From positions 96,001 through 160,000 of the forward strand of contig JBFMHR010000005.1 in NCBI GenBank assembly GCA_040751795.1: 64,000 nucleotides of DNA, in the 5' to 3' direction. Positions 8,484 to 18,986 of the stretch are shown here, one piece after another. This DNA is from Thermoplasmatota archaeon (GTDB lineage: Archaea; Thermoplasmatota; Thermoplasmata; UBA10834). A program made the translations under genes and the position numbers. Below the pieces are notes generated by a model, which had not been told where the DNA came from, did no database searches, and saw nothing but the letters and a program-made list of their open reading frames with translations. The first letter of the stretch is position 1, and each line of letters starts with the position of its first letter.

Positions 8484-9764
8484 TCAGGCCTTCGTCGGTT
8501 TCTCGTCCCTGGGCTCCGCTATCTTCCTGAAGAATAGGTAGAAGATCAGCGTGCCGGCGATGTACATGATCGATGTGTAGTAGAAAGGCTCCGCGCTCGA
8601 GTAGTCGTTCGCCCAGATGTAGCCGCTGACGGCGTACGCGGCGGAGAACGCCAGGGTCCATGCGAGCTGGCTGATGGCCCAGAACGAGGCCCTCACCTCC
8701 TCGCTCACGATGTTCATGAGGTACGCGTTCAGGACCGGGATGGGCACGAGCATGAGCAGGCTCCTGAGGGTGAAGAGCACCGCCACGAGCAGGAGCGAGA
8801 ACGCGGAGTAGGGTATGGCGAAGAGGAACCCGACGGAGGCGAGCTGGCACACGGTTATGAGCAGGACGGACCCCCGTGCCTCCGCGTACTTGGGGACGAC
8901 GAACCAGCCCACGGCGACGGCTATGTTGGAGGCGGTGACCATCGCCGTCAGCTGGAGGGAGTCGGCGCCCATGCCCTCCTGGAAGACCAGGGGGAGCCAG
9001 GGGATGACGAGGCCTGCGCCGACGCCTATGAGGGCGTTCTGGAAGGAGTAGACGAAGAGCCTCTTGAGGAAGACCCGGTCGAAGCTCACCCTCAACTTCT
9101 CGCCCTTGGCCTTGACCTCCGACACCCTGAGGATGTAGAACACGGGCACGACGCTCGCCAGGGCGGCGGCGAGGACCACGAGCCAGTAGCCGTCGGTGAG
9201 CTCGAAGCCGTAGTTGGTCAGGAGGAACCCGGGGAAGAAGATGCCCGTGGCGCTGGCGATGGTGATGGCTATCTGGTTGGAGAAGCCCTGGAGTCCGTAG
9301 AAGAACTTGAGCCTGGTCGGGGCGGCCTTGCTCGCCATGAGGGCGACGATCGATGGCTGGACCAGGGACGAGCCGAGGCTGATGAGCCCCTCGGCGACGA
9401 TGAACACGGCGAGGTTCGGCTCGTACAGGAAGAGCGCCGCGCCGGCCGTGTTGAAGACGAGCCCCATCAGGAGGAGCTTCTTGCGGCCCAGGATGTCGGC
9501 GAGGAAGCCGCTGAAGAGGAGGCTGACGACGCCGACAGCGGAGCCGATGCCGCCGATGAGGCCGATCTCCTCCGAGGTGAAGCCGAGGGCGTCCCAGTAG
9601 AGGGAGATGACGTACCAGGTGACGCCGCCCAGGATTCCCATGAAGAAGGAGGCGTTGATGATCCGGTGCTCGTCCTTGCTGCTGGATGAGTAATACCGGA
9701 AGGTCTCCCCGGCGCTTGCCTGCCCCGCCTGCGCAAGCCCCTTGACGGTCCCTCGCATCCCCAT
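8484..9764 (-). CDS. MFS transporter
   Basis: About 12 hydrophobic segments and motif A GFLADILGRKK. Confidence 0.9.
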   Translation of the reverse strand: MGMRGTVKGLAQAGQASAGETFRYYSSSSKDEHRIINASFFMGILGGVTWYVISLYWDALGFTSEEIGLIGGIGSAVGVVSLLFSGFLADILGRKKLLLMGLVFNTAGAALFLYEPNLAVFIVAEGLISLGSSLVQPSIVALMASKAAPTRLKFFYGLQGFSNQIAITIASATGIFFPGFLLTNYGFELTDGYWLVVLAAALASVVPVFYILRVSEVKAKGEKLRVSFDRVFLKRLFVYSFQNALIGVGAGLVIPWLPLVFQEGMGADSLQLTAMVTASNIAVAVGWFVVPKYAEARGSVLLITVCQLASVGFLFAIPYSAFSLLLVAVLFTLRSLLMLVPIPVLNAYLMNIVSEEVRASFWAISQLAWTLAFSAAYAVSGYIWANDYSSAEPFYYTSIMYIAGTLIFYLFFRKIAEPRDEKPTKA

Positions 9765-9830
9765 TATATTGCGACCTTGGTCGAGAGAATGCGCTCGTTC
9801 GTATTAATGTGACGATGGCACCGTCTGTAT

Positions 9831-10904
9831 GTGGTTAATCTTATGACTGAGCACTGTCCTCTGCATGGTGTGGCCAATGTCTGGGGACGCCTGACCGAGG
9901 TCGTCGATCGATTCTTCCCACTTGATAGCCCACGAAGGAAGGTAGTCCAGCTAGTATCCGTAGTCCTGTTAGTCGAGGGCATTTCGGTTCTTCTCCTCTT
10001 TTCCTACGTCGGCCCTCTGCTCGGGCTCATCTCCATTCTACTCGGCGCGGGTCTCATGGCTCTGTTCTTCAGAGCTGAGGAGGAGCAGCGAGCGCAATCA
10101 TATGAGCCGCTTGGCATGCGAATCGTATCGACACTCACTAGGAGTATTGGCGGCGAGTATGCGTTGATGGTTCTCGGCGCGGTTCTGATCATTCTTGTGG
10201 TCCTATACAACGCATTTGTCTCGGAGACCCCGGACTACGGAGACGTCGACGTCATAATAATGGTGTTCAGCGGACTGTTGATAGTCTTCCCATTCGTGCC
10301 AGATCAATGGCGGATTGAGGCGACGTTCGCAGTAGTGTTCATCGGATTCGTCACTCTGCTGTTGGCTGTTCCTCAAGCAATCACATCTCTGGGTGGCGAG
10401 GGAGACGCTAGCTCCATAGGCAATTGGTATGTCCACTACATGCTCGCGGCCCCATTCGCATCAATCTTGGATCTACTAGGGATTCCATCGAGTTCAATCG
10501 GGAATCTGGTGACTCTGCAATTCCAGGACGGATCCATTCACACACTGGAGATATCTGCATATTGTGCTGGCCTCTATTCATTCTCGATTTTCTTGTCCGC
10601 GTTCTTCTCGTACGTATTAGTTCTTGAGAAGCTCAGGGCCAGTGTCTTGGCGGCAGTTCTTGGACTGGGCGTCTTGGTTGCCTATCTGGGGAACCTCTTC
10701 AGGATGGTAGTCGTGGGCGTCGTGGGATACTACTGGGGAATAGAAGCGCTGCATTGGGCTCACCAGAATGCTGGATGGATCATCTTCATATCATGGTCGG
10801 CGTTGTTCTGGTGGATTATCCTCAGCCGCTTCAGCAGCGATGTGCCCGCGAGAGAAGGTCAGCTGAGTCCAGAGGCGACCCGAGAGCATGAGGAGACTGA
10901 CTGA
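9831..10904 (+). CDS. Archaeosortase/exosortase family transpeptidase (ArtC-like)
   Basis: Multi-TM with EISAYCAGLYS (Cys), GNLFRM (Arg) and AHQNAGW (His) catalytic triad. Exact start uncertain. Confidence 0.88.
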   Translation: MVNLMTEHCPLHGVANVWGRLTEVVDRFFPLDSPRRKVVQLVSVVLLVEGISVLLLFSYVGPLLGLISILLGAGLMALFFRAEEEQRAQSYEPLGMRIVSTLTRSIGGEYALMVLGAVLIILVVLYNAFVSETPDYGDVDVIIMVFSGLLIVFPFVPDQWRIEATFAVVFIGFVTLLLAVPQAITSLGGEGDASSIGNWYVHYMLAAPFASILDLLGIPSSSIGNLVTLQFQDGSIHTLEISAYCAGLYSFSIFLSAFFSYVLVLEKLRASVLAAVLGLGVLVAYLGNLFRMVVVGVVGYYWGIEALHWAHQNAGWIIFISWSALFWWIILSRFSSDVPAREGQLSPEATREHEETD

Positions 10905-11050
10905 CGCGCCCCCTCCAACAGACTCGTCGTCTTGACGAATGCTGGCGTTGATATCTTAGTCGATGTGGCTGATGCACACCGCTTCATGCTTCACGTTAGT
11001 CTATGAGTACGAAGCGTGGCCCCATCAATCGTCTTCGAAGCCGCACTTTC

Positions 11051-12049
11051 CTATAGCGGCTTGGACTCGGAGGGCGGGAAGAATCTGCGCTTGAGAATCC
11101 ACGAGCCTACGCGGAATGGATGGGCCTTGATCAGGCTTCTCGTGTTGCAGACCATCCAGCAATCCATGTTGCAGTTCGTCACGGCCTTTCTGAGATCGTA
11201 TTCGTCGATGTTCGCCGCAAATTCGTCCCAACTGCGGTGTTGGGTGATGTTGCCGAGCTTCTTGTTCATCACATTGCACGGATAGACATCCCCATTTGGC
11301 GCTATGAAGACGTACTCTTTTCCGGCCTCACATGAAGATGTATATCGGTGTCTCTCGCCGACGTCGATTATCCCGTTTGTGTGATATGCTCTCAGCCAGT
11401 CCTTCGCGTGTTTCGAATGGAGCTGGGCTTCAACGACTGAGGCTATGCTATTCGAGTCACTGATCCCACTGCTCGTTTCAGTAGGGTTGTCATCTTTGCA
11501 GAAGTAAACATCAGAGTTGTGGACATGGACGCACGTGAATTCGACGTCAAGGCCGCGAGCCAGGGCAAAGACGTCTCGTACTTCCTTTGAATTCTCACGC
11601 ATGATGGTCATTGCGATTCTTAGGTCGCGTATCCCGAGATTCTTGAGGGCAGTCACTGTGGTCAGGGCCTTATCATAGGCTCCTTCAATTCCTCTGATGG
11701 TATCGTGTGTCTTTCCTATGCCATCGATGGACACACCAACGCCCACGCGAGGGTGGAAGTGCATTATCTCCTTGATCGTCGACGTGATTCGCGCAGTCAG
11801 AAACCCGTTCGTCGAGAACACTATCCGAGAAGATGGGACAATGCTGTGAATCTCTCTTATGACTTCTACTAAGTCATGGCGAAGAAATGGCTCTCCGCCG
11901 GTTATGTTGATTGTTTTGAGGGATGGCGGTATCTTGTGATAATCCGCAGGTGTCATCTCTGCGCCAGGATCCAGCTTCCAGATGTTACACATGCTGCACT
12001 TGGAATTGCACCTGTAAGTGACAGCGATAAAAGCCTCTCGGATCCTCAC
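11051..12049 (-). CDS. Radical SAM/SPASM protein
   Basis: YRCNSKCSMC, ITGGEPFLR, STNG and VSIDG. C-terminal CEAG...GDVYPC...CNMDCWMVC. Confidence 0.9.
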   Translation of the reverse strand: MRIREAFIAVTYRCNSKCSMCNIWKLDPGAEMTPADYHKIPPSLKTINITGGEPFLRHDLVEVIREIHSIVPSSRIVFSTNGFLTARITSTIKEIMHFHPRVGVGVSIDGIGKTHDTIRGIEGAYDKALTTVTALKNLGIRDLRIAMTIMRENSKEVRDVFALARGLDVEFTCVHVHNSDVYFCKDDNPTETSSGISDSNSIASVVEAQLHSKHAKDWLRAYHTNGIIDVGERHRYTSSCEAGKEYVFIAPNGDVYPCNVMNKKLGNITQHRSWDEFAANIDEYDLRKAVTNCNMDCWMVCNTRSLIKAHPFRVGSWILKRRFFPPSESKPL

Positions 12050-12130
12050 ATCAGTTTATGAGCGAACAAGGTCTATATATCTATTGTTGGCCTATAGCCA
12101 GGTCTGCGAGATCCGGATTTCTGATGGATC

Positions 12131-13393
12131 TTGCTGGTCTGCGCGGCTCGTGAACCGAGAGGTCTGTGGCGAATGCGGAACATGAGAGTTCTGATGCTTG
12201 CACCGGAGTTCCTTCCCGTCAGAGGAGGTGTCGGCAACTACATTGCAGAGATATCAAAGCGGGTCCCGCACGATGTGGAAATGTACGTTGTGACTCCCAG
12301 GCAGGGCACAAATGAGTCGGAACATGCACAGATCAACGGCAATGAGGATTTCGTGTCTTCAGACAATGTTCACGTGGTGTATCTTGGAGAAGCACAGGAC
12401 TACTTCTTCGGCAATTTCCCATTTCAGGTCAACTGCGGATTTGAATTGAGAAGAATGATTCGCGATTTGAGGATAGATATCGTCCATTCTCACAGCGCGA
12501 TGCCCGACTACTTCGTTTCCCCGGACTCCACCGGGGTTCCGTTCTTGACCACCATTCACACTACCCTTGAGGGACACAAGAACGCCCTGAAGGCGTCTGG
12601 AAGCAGATTCACGGAGCTTTCGATGCACGAGAGGTTCGCTCTTCTCCTCGCACCCGCTCTGAAACGCTTCGAGGACGCATATTACAGTAAGAATCGACAC
12701 TATTCAACAGTCTCAGAATGGGGCAGGGAGAGAATCGTTGAAGAGAAGAAGATACCCCGCGACAGAGTCCGAGTGATTCGACCAGGGGTTGACACATCCA
12801 TATTCAGCCCTTCAAAGAGAGAAGTGCCATTAGAGGCGATTGACGACATAGAGTCTCCAAGAGTCCTGTATCTCTCTAGGATGGCAACCAGGAAGGGCAT
12901 ATACCTCCTTCTCAAGGCTATTCCTAGGATCCTCAAGAGACTGGACGCTCACTTCCTCATCGCTGGATCTGGGACACTCCAGGCAGAGTTGGTCCCGCGG
13001 AGCAACACAACGTTTCTAGGACAAGTTCCAATGTCACATCCCCCACTTCTCTATGCCAAATCCGATGTCTTCGTGTTGCCATCGCTCTATGAGAATTTGC
13101 CGGTCTGTCTATTGGAATCGATGGCGTCAGGTTGCGCTGTTGTATGCTCGGACGTAGGCGGTGTGAGGGAGGTGGTCGATCATGAGAGGACCGGATTGGT
13201 CATTAGGCCGAATGACATCACATCCATTGAGACTGCCATCATTCGTATGATTGAGGACGACAATCTCAGAAGAGAGATGACAAGGAATGCGATGCAATCA
13301 ATCACTAGGGAGTTCAAGTGGGAGTCGACAGCATCACAGACAATGGCTCACTATCAAGACATCCTTGATGGAGTGGAAAGGACCAGTGAGTGA
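12131..13393 (+). CDS. Glycosyltransferase family 4
   Basis: MRVLMLAPEFLPVRGG and FVLPSLYENLPVCLLESMASG. True start probably near MRNMRV. Confidence 0.9.
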   Translation: MLVCAAREPRGLWRMRNMRVLMLAPEFLPVRGGVGNYIAEISKRVPHDVEMYVVTPRQGTNESEHAQINGNEDFVSSDNVHVVYLGEAQDYFFGNFPFQVNCGFELRRMIRDLRIDIVHSHSAMPDYFVSPDSTGVPFLTTIHTTLEGHKNALKASGSRFTELSMHERFALLLAPALKRFEDAYYSKNRHYSTVSEWGRERIVEEKKIPRDRVRVIRPGVDTSIFSPSKREVPLEAIDDIESPRVLYLSRMATRKGIYLLLKAIPRILKRLDAHFLIAGSGTLQAELVPRSNTTFLGQVPMSHPPLLYAKSDVFVLPSLYENLPVCLLESMASGCAVVCSDVGGVREVVDHERTGLVIRPNDITSIETAIIRMIEDDNLRREMTRNAMQSITREFKWESTASQTMAHYQDILDGVERTSE

Positions 13394-13408
13394 ACGGAGG
13401 TCGATGGT

Positions 13409-14614
13409 ATCAGGTTCCTGATGGTGAGCACGTATTTCCCGCCCTATCATGCGGGCGGGGATGCAATGATGGTGAAATACCTCTCTGACGAACTCATGCG
13501 TAGAGGACACGAAGTCGCTGTCTTCTCAAACCCCTCCATCTATCGTCTGCTGAAGTCCGCGGAACCGAAGAAGGATGATAGAACGGACGCGCCGTCGATT
13601 CATGCTTGCGAATACTCACCTTTGTCGGGCCGGCTCGAACTATTCGCCGACTATTTCCTGGGATTGTCTGACAGAGCATCCAAGCACCTGCGTACCCTGG
13701 TCAGGGACTATCGGCCGGATGTCGTGCACTGGCACAATACCAAGGGATTCATGAGCACACCGGTTCGTGTAGATGGTCCGATATCGTTGTATACCGCTCA
13801 CGATTACTATGCATTCTGCCCTAGGACGAATCTAATCACGCCTAACAGCATCTCGTGCCTAAGTCCAGCTTACTGTCAGCTATGTCTGTTAAGGTGGCAC
13901 AAGTTGCCGCAGCCATGGAGATGCGGAGGTCGAAGGGTCCTTAGATTACCCTCCGATACAAGAGTCATAGCTCCATCTCAATACATGGCAACGAGACTGG
14001 AGGCGGAAGGCATCAAGAGCCCCAGAGTAATCAGGAACTTCGTTCTGGACCGGGGCATCGTTTCTGGACCAACACATAGGGATTCTATGACCTATTTGGG
14101 GGTTCTTGAACCCCATAAGGGTTTGGGGACCTTGATGGACGCATTCATGAAGAGTGCATCGAGCCATGATTTCAACCTGAACATCATCGGGCAGGGTTCA
14201 ATGAAAGGGTCTTTGGAGAGCAGGGCTTCGAAGAGCGGCTTGTCAGACCGAATTCGCATCCACGGGTTCATCCCCTACAGCCAACTCGATGAGATTCTCA
14301 GAGGGACAGCAGCTCTCCTGGTGCCATCCGAATGGCCTGAGAACTCTCCCCTCGTGGTACTGGAGGCCTTGTCCAAGGGAATCCCCGTGATAGGTTCGCG
14401 TGTGGGTGGGCTGCCAGAGATCATCAATGAGGCGTCTGGTTCTCTTCTGTTTGAACCTGGAGATGTTACGCAACTCTCAGAGGCAATGCAAACAGTCTGG
14501 AGTGACGGTGACTTCTCCAGCACTCGCCAGCGGAAGGCCAGAGTCTCATACGAGTCCATGTTCACCCCTGATGCGCATATTAATGCGTATCTCAGATTGA
14601 TACATAGCATCTGA
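13409..14614 (+). CDS. Glycosyltransferase family 4
   Basis: PSEWPENSPLVVLEALSKG and SRVGGLPE. Start ATG 13421 or non-canonical ATC 13409. Confidence 0.9.
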   Translation: MRFLMVSTYFPPYHAGGDAMMVKYLSDELMRRGHEVAVFSNPSIYRLLKSAEPKKDDRTDAPSIHACEYSPLSGRLELFADYFLGLSDRASKHLRTLVRDYRPDVVHWHNTKGFMSTPVRVDGPISLYTAHDYYAFCPRTNLITPNSISCLSPAYCQLCLLRWHKLPQPWRCGGRRVLRLPSDTRVIAPSQYMATRLEAEGIKSPRVIRNFVLDRGIVSGPTHRDSMTYLGVLEPHKGLGTLMDAFMKSASSHDFNLNIIGQGSMKGSLESRASKSGLSDRIRIHGFIPYSQLDEILRGTAALLVPSEWPENSPLVVLEALSKGIPVIGSRVGGLPEIINEASGSLLFEPGDVTQLSEAMQTVWSDGDFSSTRQRKARVSYESMFTPDAHINAYLRLIHSI

Positions 14615-14649
14615 GTCTTTGAATCACGTGACGCATGGAGGATTTCGGC

Positions 14650-15100
14650 GCGGTCCCCGCCCTCGACGAAGGTCGCGGTCACGTTTTAGATGAAGTCCTA
14701 AGGCTTGAGGTGTGACGACTCCATCACTCTTGCTACGAGTGCTATTTAGATTTCCATCTGGACTTCGTTCTTGAGACAGTCCAAACAATGCATCAATGTC
14801 TGATAGGCGCTGTCTGGAGAGAGGCCGATGCCGATGATCTCAGGCATGTACGTCCCCTCATACCGCTCGGCGATGGTGTACTTGGGACTTGGATTCGGTA
14901 AGCGATTGGCGGCCATGATGAACGCCCGCTCGCCTACCAGCTGCCCGTTCCTCTTCGGGGCTGCCTGGCTGACGGTGTCTATCGACCCAAACCGCTCCGC
15001 GATGGCGTGGAGCTCCTTCGCCGTGTCGTACTCAATCGTTACTCCCACCTGCGTCCTCCTTCTTTGGAGAGGTCCCCACAATGCATCCCGGGAAGGCATC
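14650..15100 (-). pseudogene. IS1634-like transposase remnant
   Basis: PKRNGQLVGERAFIMAANRL..P.PK..IAERYE.T resembles IS1634 N-termini. Continues past stops into NVTATFVEG (degenerate DxTxxYFEG). Ends approximate. Confidence 0.65.
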
Positions 15101-15229
15101 GAGTCAGGATGTCTTCAGCCTATTGGCAGGGATGCTAGCTCAAAGAATTGCATAAGATGGGCTCGGTCGTCGAGAACATCGTATCCACCTTCGCCCGCTG
15201 ATGGCAAGCGCATTCGACGAACTCCCTCT

Positions 15230-16354
15230 TCAGCCTCCGCTCGCACCTGTCAAAGGTGGACTGAGAGCATCGAGCAATGCCTCTACCACTGTCGACACCT
15301 CATCACGGGTCATTTGAGGAAACATTGGCAGAGATAGCACAGACTCAGATACAGCCTCCGTTATTGGCAGTTTGAAATCATGGCTACTTTTCTTGTACGA
15401 CTCCTGCAGATGGACGGGTACGGGATAATGTATGCTTGTCCCTATTCCTCTCGAATTCAGTTCCTTCTGAAGGCGCTGTCTGTTCTCCGTTCTGATGACG
15501 AATTGATGATAGACATGTGTGGCATGTGGTGCTTCGATGGGCAGGACTATGCTCGCATTCCCTAATCCGTTCCGGTACATTCGGGCTATGTCTCTGCGTT
15601 TCGCATTCCAGTCATCAAGATGTCCCAACTTCACTCTCAACACTGCCGCTTGAATCTCGTCGAGTCTGCTATTAATGCCTACTGTTTCGTAGTAATATTT
15701 CTGGGATTGTCCATAGTTGCTCATCTTGCTCACTTTCTCTGCAATTTCCTCGTTGCTTGTCACCACGATTCCTGCATCTCCGTAAGCGCCCATGTTTTTC
15801 GTCGGGTAAAAGCTGAAACATGCAGCGTCTGCTAGTGACCCGACCCTCCTGCCTTGGTACGTGGCGCCATGTGCCTGGCACGCGTCTTCGATGACAAAGA
15901 TGTCCTTGTCTTCAGCAATCTCCATGATTTCATCCATTCTTGATGGATGTCCGTAGATGTGGACCGGGAGAATCGCCTTCGTCCTGTCCCCGATTTTTTC
16001 TCGTATTTTTGAGGCATCGATGCAGTATGTATGGGGGTCAATATCAACTAGAATTGGTCTTGCTCCATTCCTCGTTATGGCATCGACAGTTGAAATGAAC
16101 GTGTGAGCAGTTGTGATCACTTCATCACCCGGGCCAATTCCAAGCGCCCTAATTGTCGTCAGAAGGGCATCTGAGCCTGAATTGACTCCAATGCCAAACC
16201 TCGTTCCCACATATGCGGAAAACTCCGATTCAAAGGCTCTACATTCCGCGCCATTGACAAACTGGCCAACGGTGAGCACCCTCTCAATTGAGTCGAGAAC
16301 AGCCTCTCCAATCTCTTCAAGTTCTCTCGAAAGGTCGATCGATTTCACAGACAT
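15230..16354 (-). CDS. DegT/DnrJ/EryC1/StrS aminotransferase (FdtB/QdtB-like)
   Basis: EDACQAHGA, FSFYPTKNMGAYGDAG and NSRLDEIQAA. Confidence 0.93.
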   Translation of the reverse strand: MSVKSIDLSRELEEIGEAVLDSIERVLTVGQFVNGAECRAFESEFSAYVGTRFGIGVNSGSDALLTTIRALGIGPGDEVITTAHTFISTVDAITRNGARPILVDIDPHTYCIDASKIREKIGDRTKAILPVHIYGHPSRMDEIMEIAEDKDIFVIEDACQAHGATYQGRRVGSLADAACFSFYPTKNMGAYGDAGIVVTSNEEIAEKVSKMSNYGQSQKYYYETVGINSRLDEIQAAVLRVKLGHLDDWNAKRRDIARMYRNGLGNASIVLPIEAPHATHVYHQFVIRTENRQRLQKELNSRGIGTSIHYPVPVHLQESYKKSSHDFKLPITEAVSESVLSLPMFPQMTRDEVSTVVEALLDALSPPLTGASGG

Positions 16355-16428
16355 GGTGGTTTCGCCGCATCATTCAAGTAGTCATATTCATGAAGAAAGG
16401 ACATGCATGGGTCTGCAAACACACACGT

Positions 16429-17376
16429 TTACTCCCAATTGACCTCATAAGTATCATACACCGTCGCTCTCGCGCCAAAGGTGCTCTTGTAGTCTGATAG
16501 ACTGGAATTTAGATATTGGCCTGCATTTTCTGTAGAAATCCCGAAATCAAAGTACCTCTTGTCGATATAGTATTCGTTTATCAAATAGTCTAGCACGCAG
16601 TCCACAACGTGCGATTTCCTTCCCGCTTCGGTTGAGGCGATGTACTGAGTGTGCGCGACGTTCCTGCTTTCATACATGATCACACCTCCTTCCATGCGCC
16701 CGTCAATCACACCGGCGAACAGTCTTATGTTCTCCGGGAATCTCTGAGCTAGAAGAATCATCTCTTCCTTTGTGTGCGTAGGTCTGACGCCGTGTCTAGA
16801 TTCCAAACACTTCTTCTCGATTTCCATATAGTTTCCGAAATCGGAGCTTTCCTCGACCTCTGTGCCACGAGACTGAGCCTTCCTAACACACCACCGACGT
16901 TCCTTGGCGAAAGGTGTCCTTTCTGGCATGAAAATAGTGGAGGAGACATCTCGCCTAACTAGCTTCGCATCCGTGAGAAAGAGGGCGTACAAATCCTCTT
17001 CTGCTGGAATGGAATGATAGATGTGTGGTATAGCTTTGTACACGAGCTTCTTGATGCCCATCTCCTTCAGGTGTTTCCCTAAATCATGAAAGAGATCTAC
17101 CATGTCCGTGGCCCTCAGTCTGCTATCCGTTATAATTCCCCCGAACGTTAATCCTGCATGACTTGTCATCACGTCTCCTTCAATAGTGGCTGGCATGACT
17201 GCCGTTAAGTCCATGACATCGAAGAAGAATAGCAGAGAACTGTCCCTGAATCTATCCGAATGGTAGTCCATGTACTTCCTATCGAAGAGGAATAGTCCAT
17301 TTCTCGAAGCCTTAACGAATTGATTCCAGCTATCTTCAAGTTCGGGACTATATGCGGTGATTCTGAACATATCCAA
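16429..17376 (-). CDS. FemAB-like GNAT-fold acyltransferase
   Basis: WNQFV..SRNGLFLFDRKYMDYHSDRF, SHAGLTFGG and FDFGISTE..G..LN...K..FG. Confidence 0.8.
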   Translation of the reverse strand: MDMFRITAYSPELEDSWNQFVKASRNGLFLFDRKYMDYHSDRFRDSSLLFFFDVMDLTAVMPATIEGDVMTSHAGLTFGGIITDSRLRATDMVDLFHDLGKHLKEMGIKKLVYKAIPHIYHSIPAEEDLYALFLTDAKLVRRDVSSTIFMPERTPFAKERRWCVRKAQSRGTEVEESSDFGNYMEIEKKCLESRHGVRPTHTKEEMILLAQRFPENIRLFAGVIDGRMEGGVIMYESRNVAHTQYIASTEAGRKSHVVDCVLDYLINEYYIDKRYFDFGISTENAGQYLNSSLSDYKSTFGARATVYDTYEVNWE

Positions 17377-17387
17377 CCCTTAGTGCC

Positions 17388-18299
17388 TCAGATTTCCAAC
17401 TCTGCGTAACCGAATCCGGTTCTGCCCATATCGTTCCCGTTGTAGAACATAATCGTCCTTTCCCGGACTCGTATTGTGGCAGGGTAGCACAAATGTTTCG
17501 AATCCCACCCCTCCTTTGACAGTGAGATTCCTGCTTCAGAATCCTTCCTTATCCATGAGATTCCATCTTTGGATTCAGCATATCCTGGGATGTAGTCCCC
17601 GGTGAGAGTCCCCTTCGTATAGAACATGCAATAGGTATCTCCATCTTTGACTACTCTTGGTCTTCCGATTCGGTACTCGTTTTCAGTATTATCGATGCAA
17701 ACCGTCCCTCGGTCTGGGAAATGGATTCCGTCCCTCGACTCGTAGAGCCTGATGTTGTACCTCGGATACGGTTTACCCCCGATAGTCTCCCAGCCACTTC
17801 CGACGCCGCACCAGGCTCTCCAGATGCCGTTCTCTCTGAGAACGGAGTGTATCGCCCTTATGTACAATCCGTCGTCCGATCGGTCAAGGATGGGAGTGTT
17901 GCTGCATCGCTGGAATCTCTCCCCGCCATCCACACTGACTGCTAGGCCACTGAATGCCAAGAACTTCACTTTCTCCACCAATTGGAAGCCAACATAATAC
18001 ATCAGCAACTTCCTGCCGAGTTGCGCAATATCGCCAAGAATCACTCCATTGTCATCGAAACAACCAGGCAGGCCGACGTCGAGGACTGGGCTATCTGACA
18101 CCGCTACAATCCTTGATGGTTTGTCGGCGTCAACATCCACATAGCCGATTCTACTTGCTCCCGTATTGTCGCGCATTCCTGCATAGACGCGAATCTTGTC
18201 ATCTTCCAGTTGAATCGGAGTCGGCGTTAAAGCGGAGTGTTGTGACCAGTTGGATCGCCCATTTGGGCAATAGACTAACCCCATCTTTTTCCACTTCAA
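17388..18299 (-). CDS. Five-bladed beta-propeller protein (GH32/43/130-like fold) of glycan clusters
   Basis: MKWKKMGLVY...TPTP, G.FDDNGV, YAES.DGI.W and MFYNGNDMG.TGFG.A. Confidence 0.7.
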   Translation of the reverse strand: MKWKKMGLVYCPNGRSNWSQHSALTPTPIQLEDDKIRVYAGMRDNTGASRIGYVDVDADKPSRIVAVSDSPVLDVGLPGCFDDNGVILGDIAQLGRKLLMYYVGFQLVEKVKFLAFSGLAVSVDGGERFQRCSNTPILDRSDDGLYIRAIHSVLRENGIWRAWCGVGSGWETIGGKPYPRYNIRLYESRDGIHFPDRGTVCIDNTENEYRIGRPRVVKDGDTYCMFYTKGTLTGDYIPGYAESKDGISWIRKDSEAGISLSKEGWDSKHLCYPATIRVRERTIMFYNGNDMGRTGFGYAELEI

Positions 18300-18302
18300 G
18301 AG

Positions 18303-18986
18303 TTATTCCTCACTTACTCCAAAGCTCTCGTAACTGCTCTTGTCGAGAGGGCGCGCAGGATTTCCAACGCACACCTTTCCAGGCTCGGTATCTCTGATTA
18401 CTACAGCACCCGAGCCAACAATACAGTCTTTCGCGATTTTGATGCGATCATTATACGTGCTATTCACACCGAGGAAGCAGTTTTCGCCGATGTCACAGTA
18501 ACCTGATATGACGCAGTGTGAGGACACGTAACAGTTATCGCGGATGTAAGTTCGATGGCCCACGTGGTTGCCACTCCAGAGTACCACATTGTTGCCAATC
18601 TTGACCTTGTGTTGAAGGACGTTGTTTTCGAATATGAATGAATTCTCGCCAATCTCTACATTGTGCCAAACGAAAGCCTTTGAACTGACGTAGGATACGA
18701 GTCGAAACCCCTTTTTCTTCACTTCGTTATACAGCCTCGTCCTCACTCGGTTGAGCTGGGTATAGGTCACCGCGACATAGACGCTGTATTTGGATGGGCT
18801 AAAGATCTTATCCAGTTCCTCGAATGGTACCACCGGCAGGCCGAGCAGATCCTTCTCTTTCAGGAAATCTCTCTCGACTGAGAACGCCACAACTTCGTAT
18901 TGGGAGTCATGCGTGAAGTACTCGTATGCAATTTGAGCGAACTCACCCGCTCCGACGATGATGATCTGGCCTTTCTTGTCCCTCAT
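18303..18986 (-). CDS. Hexapeptide-repeat sugar acyltransferase (NeuD/PglD-like)
   Basis: IIIVGAGEFA N-terminal domain, IGENS/IGNNV LbH repeats and VGNPAR. Confidence 0.88.
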   Translation of the reverse strand: MRDKKGQIIIVGAGEFAQIAYEYFTHDSQYEVVAFSVERDFLKEKDLLGLPVVPFEELDKIFSPSKYSVYVAVTYTQLNRVRTRLYNEVKKKGFRLVSYVSSKAFVWHNVEIGENSFIFENNVLQHKVKIGNNVVLWSGNHVGHRTYIRDNCYVSSHCVISGYCDIGENCFLGVNSTYNDRIKIAKDCIVGSGAVVIRDTEPGKVCVGNPARPLDKSSYESFGVSEE

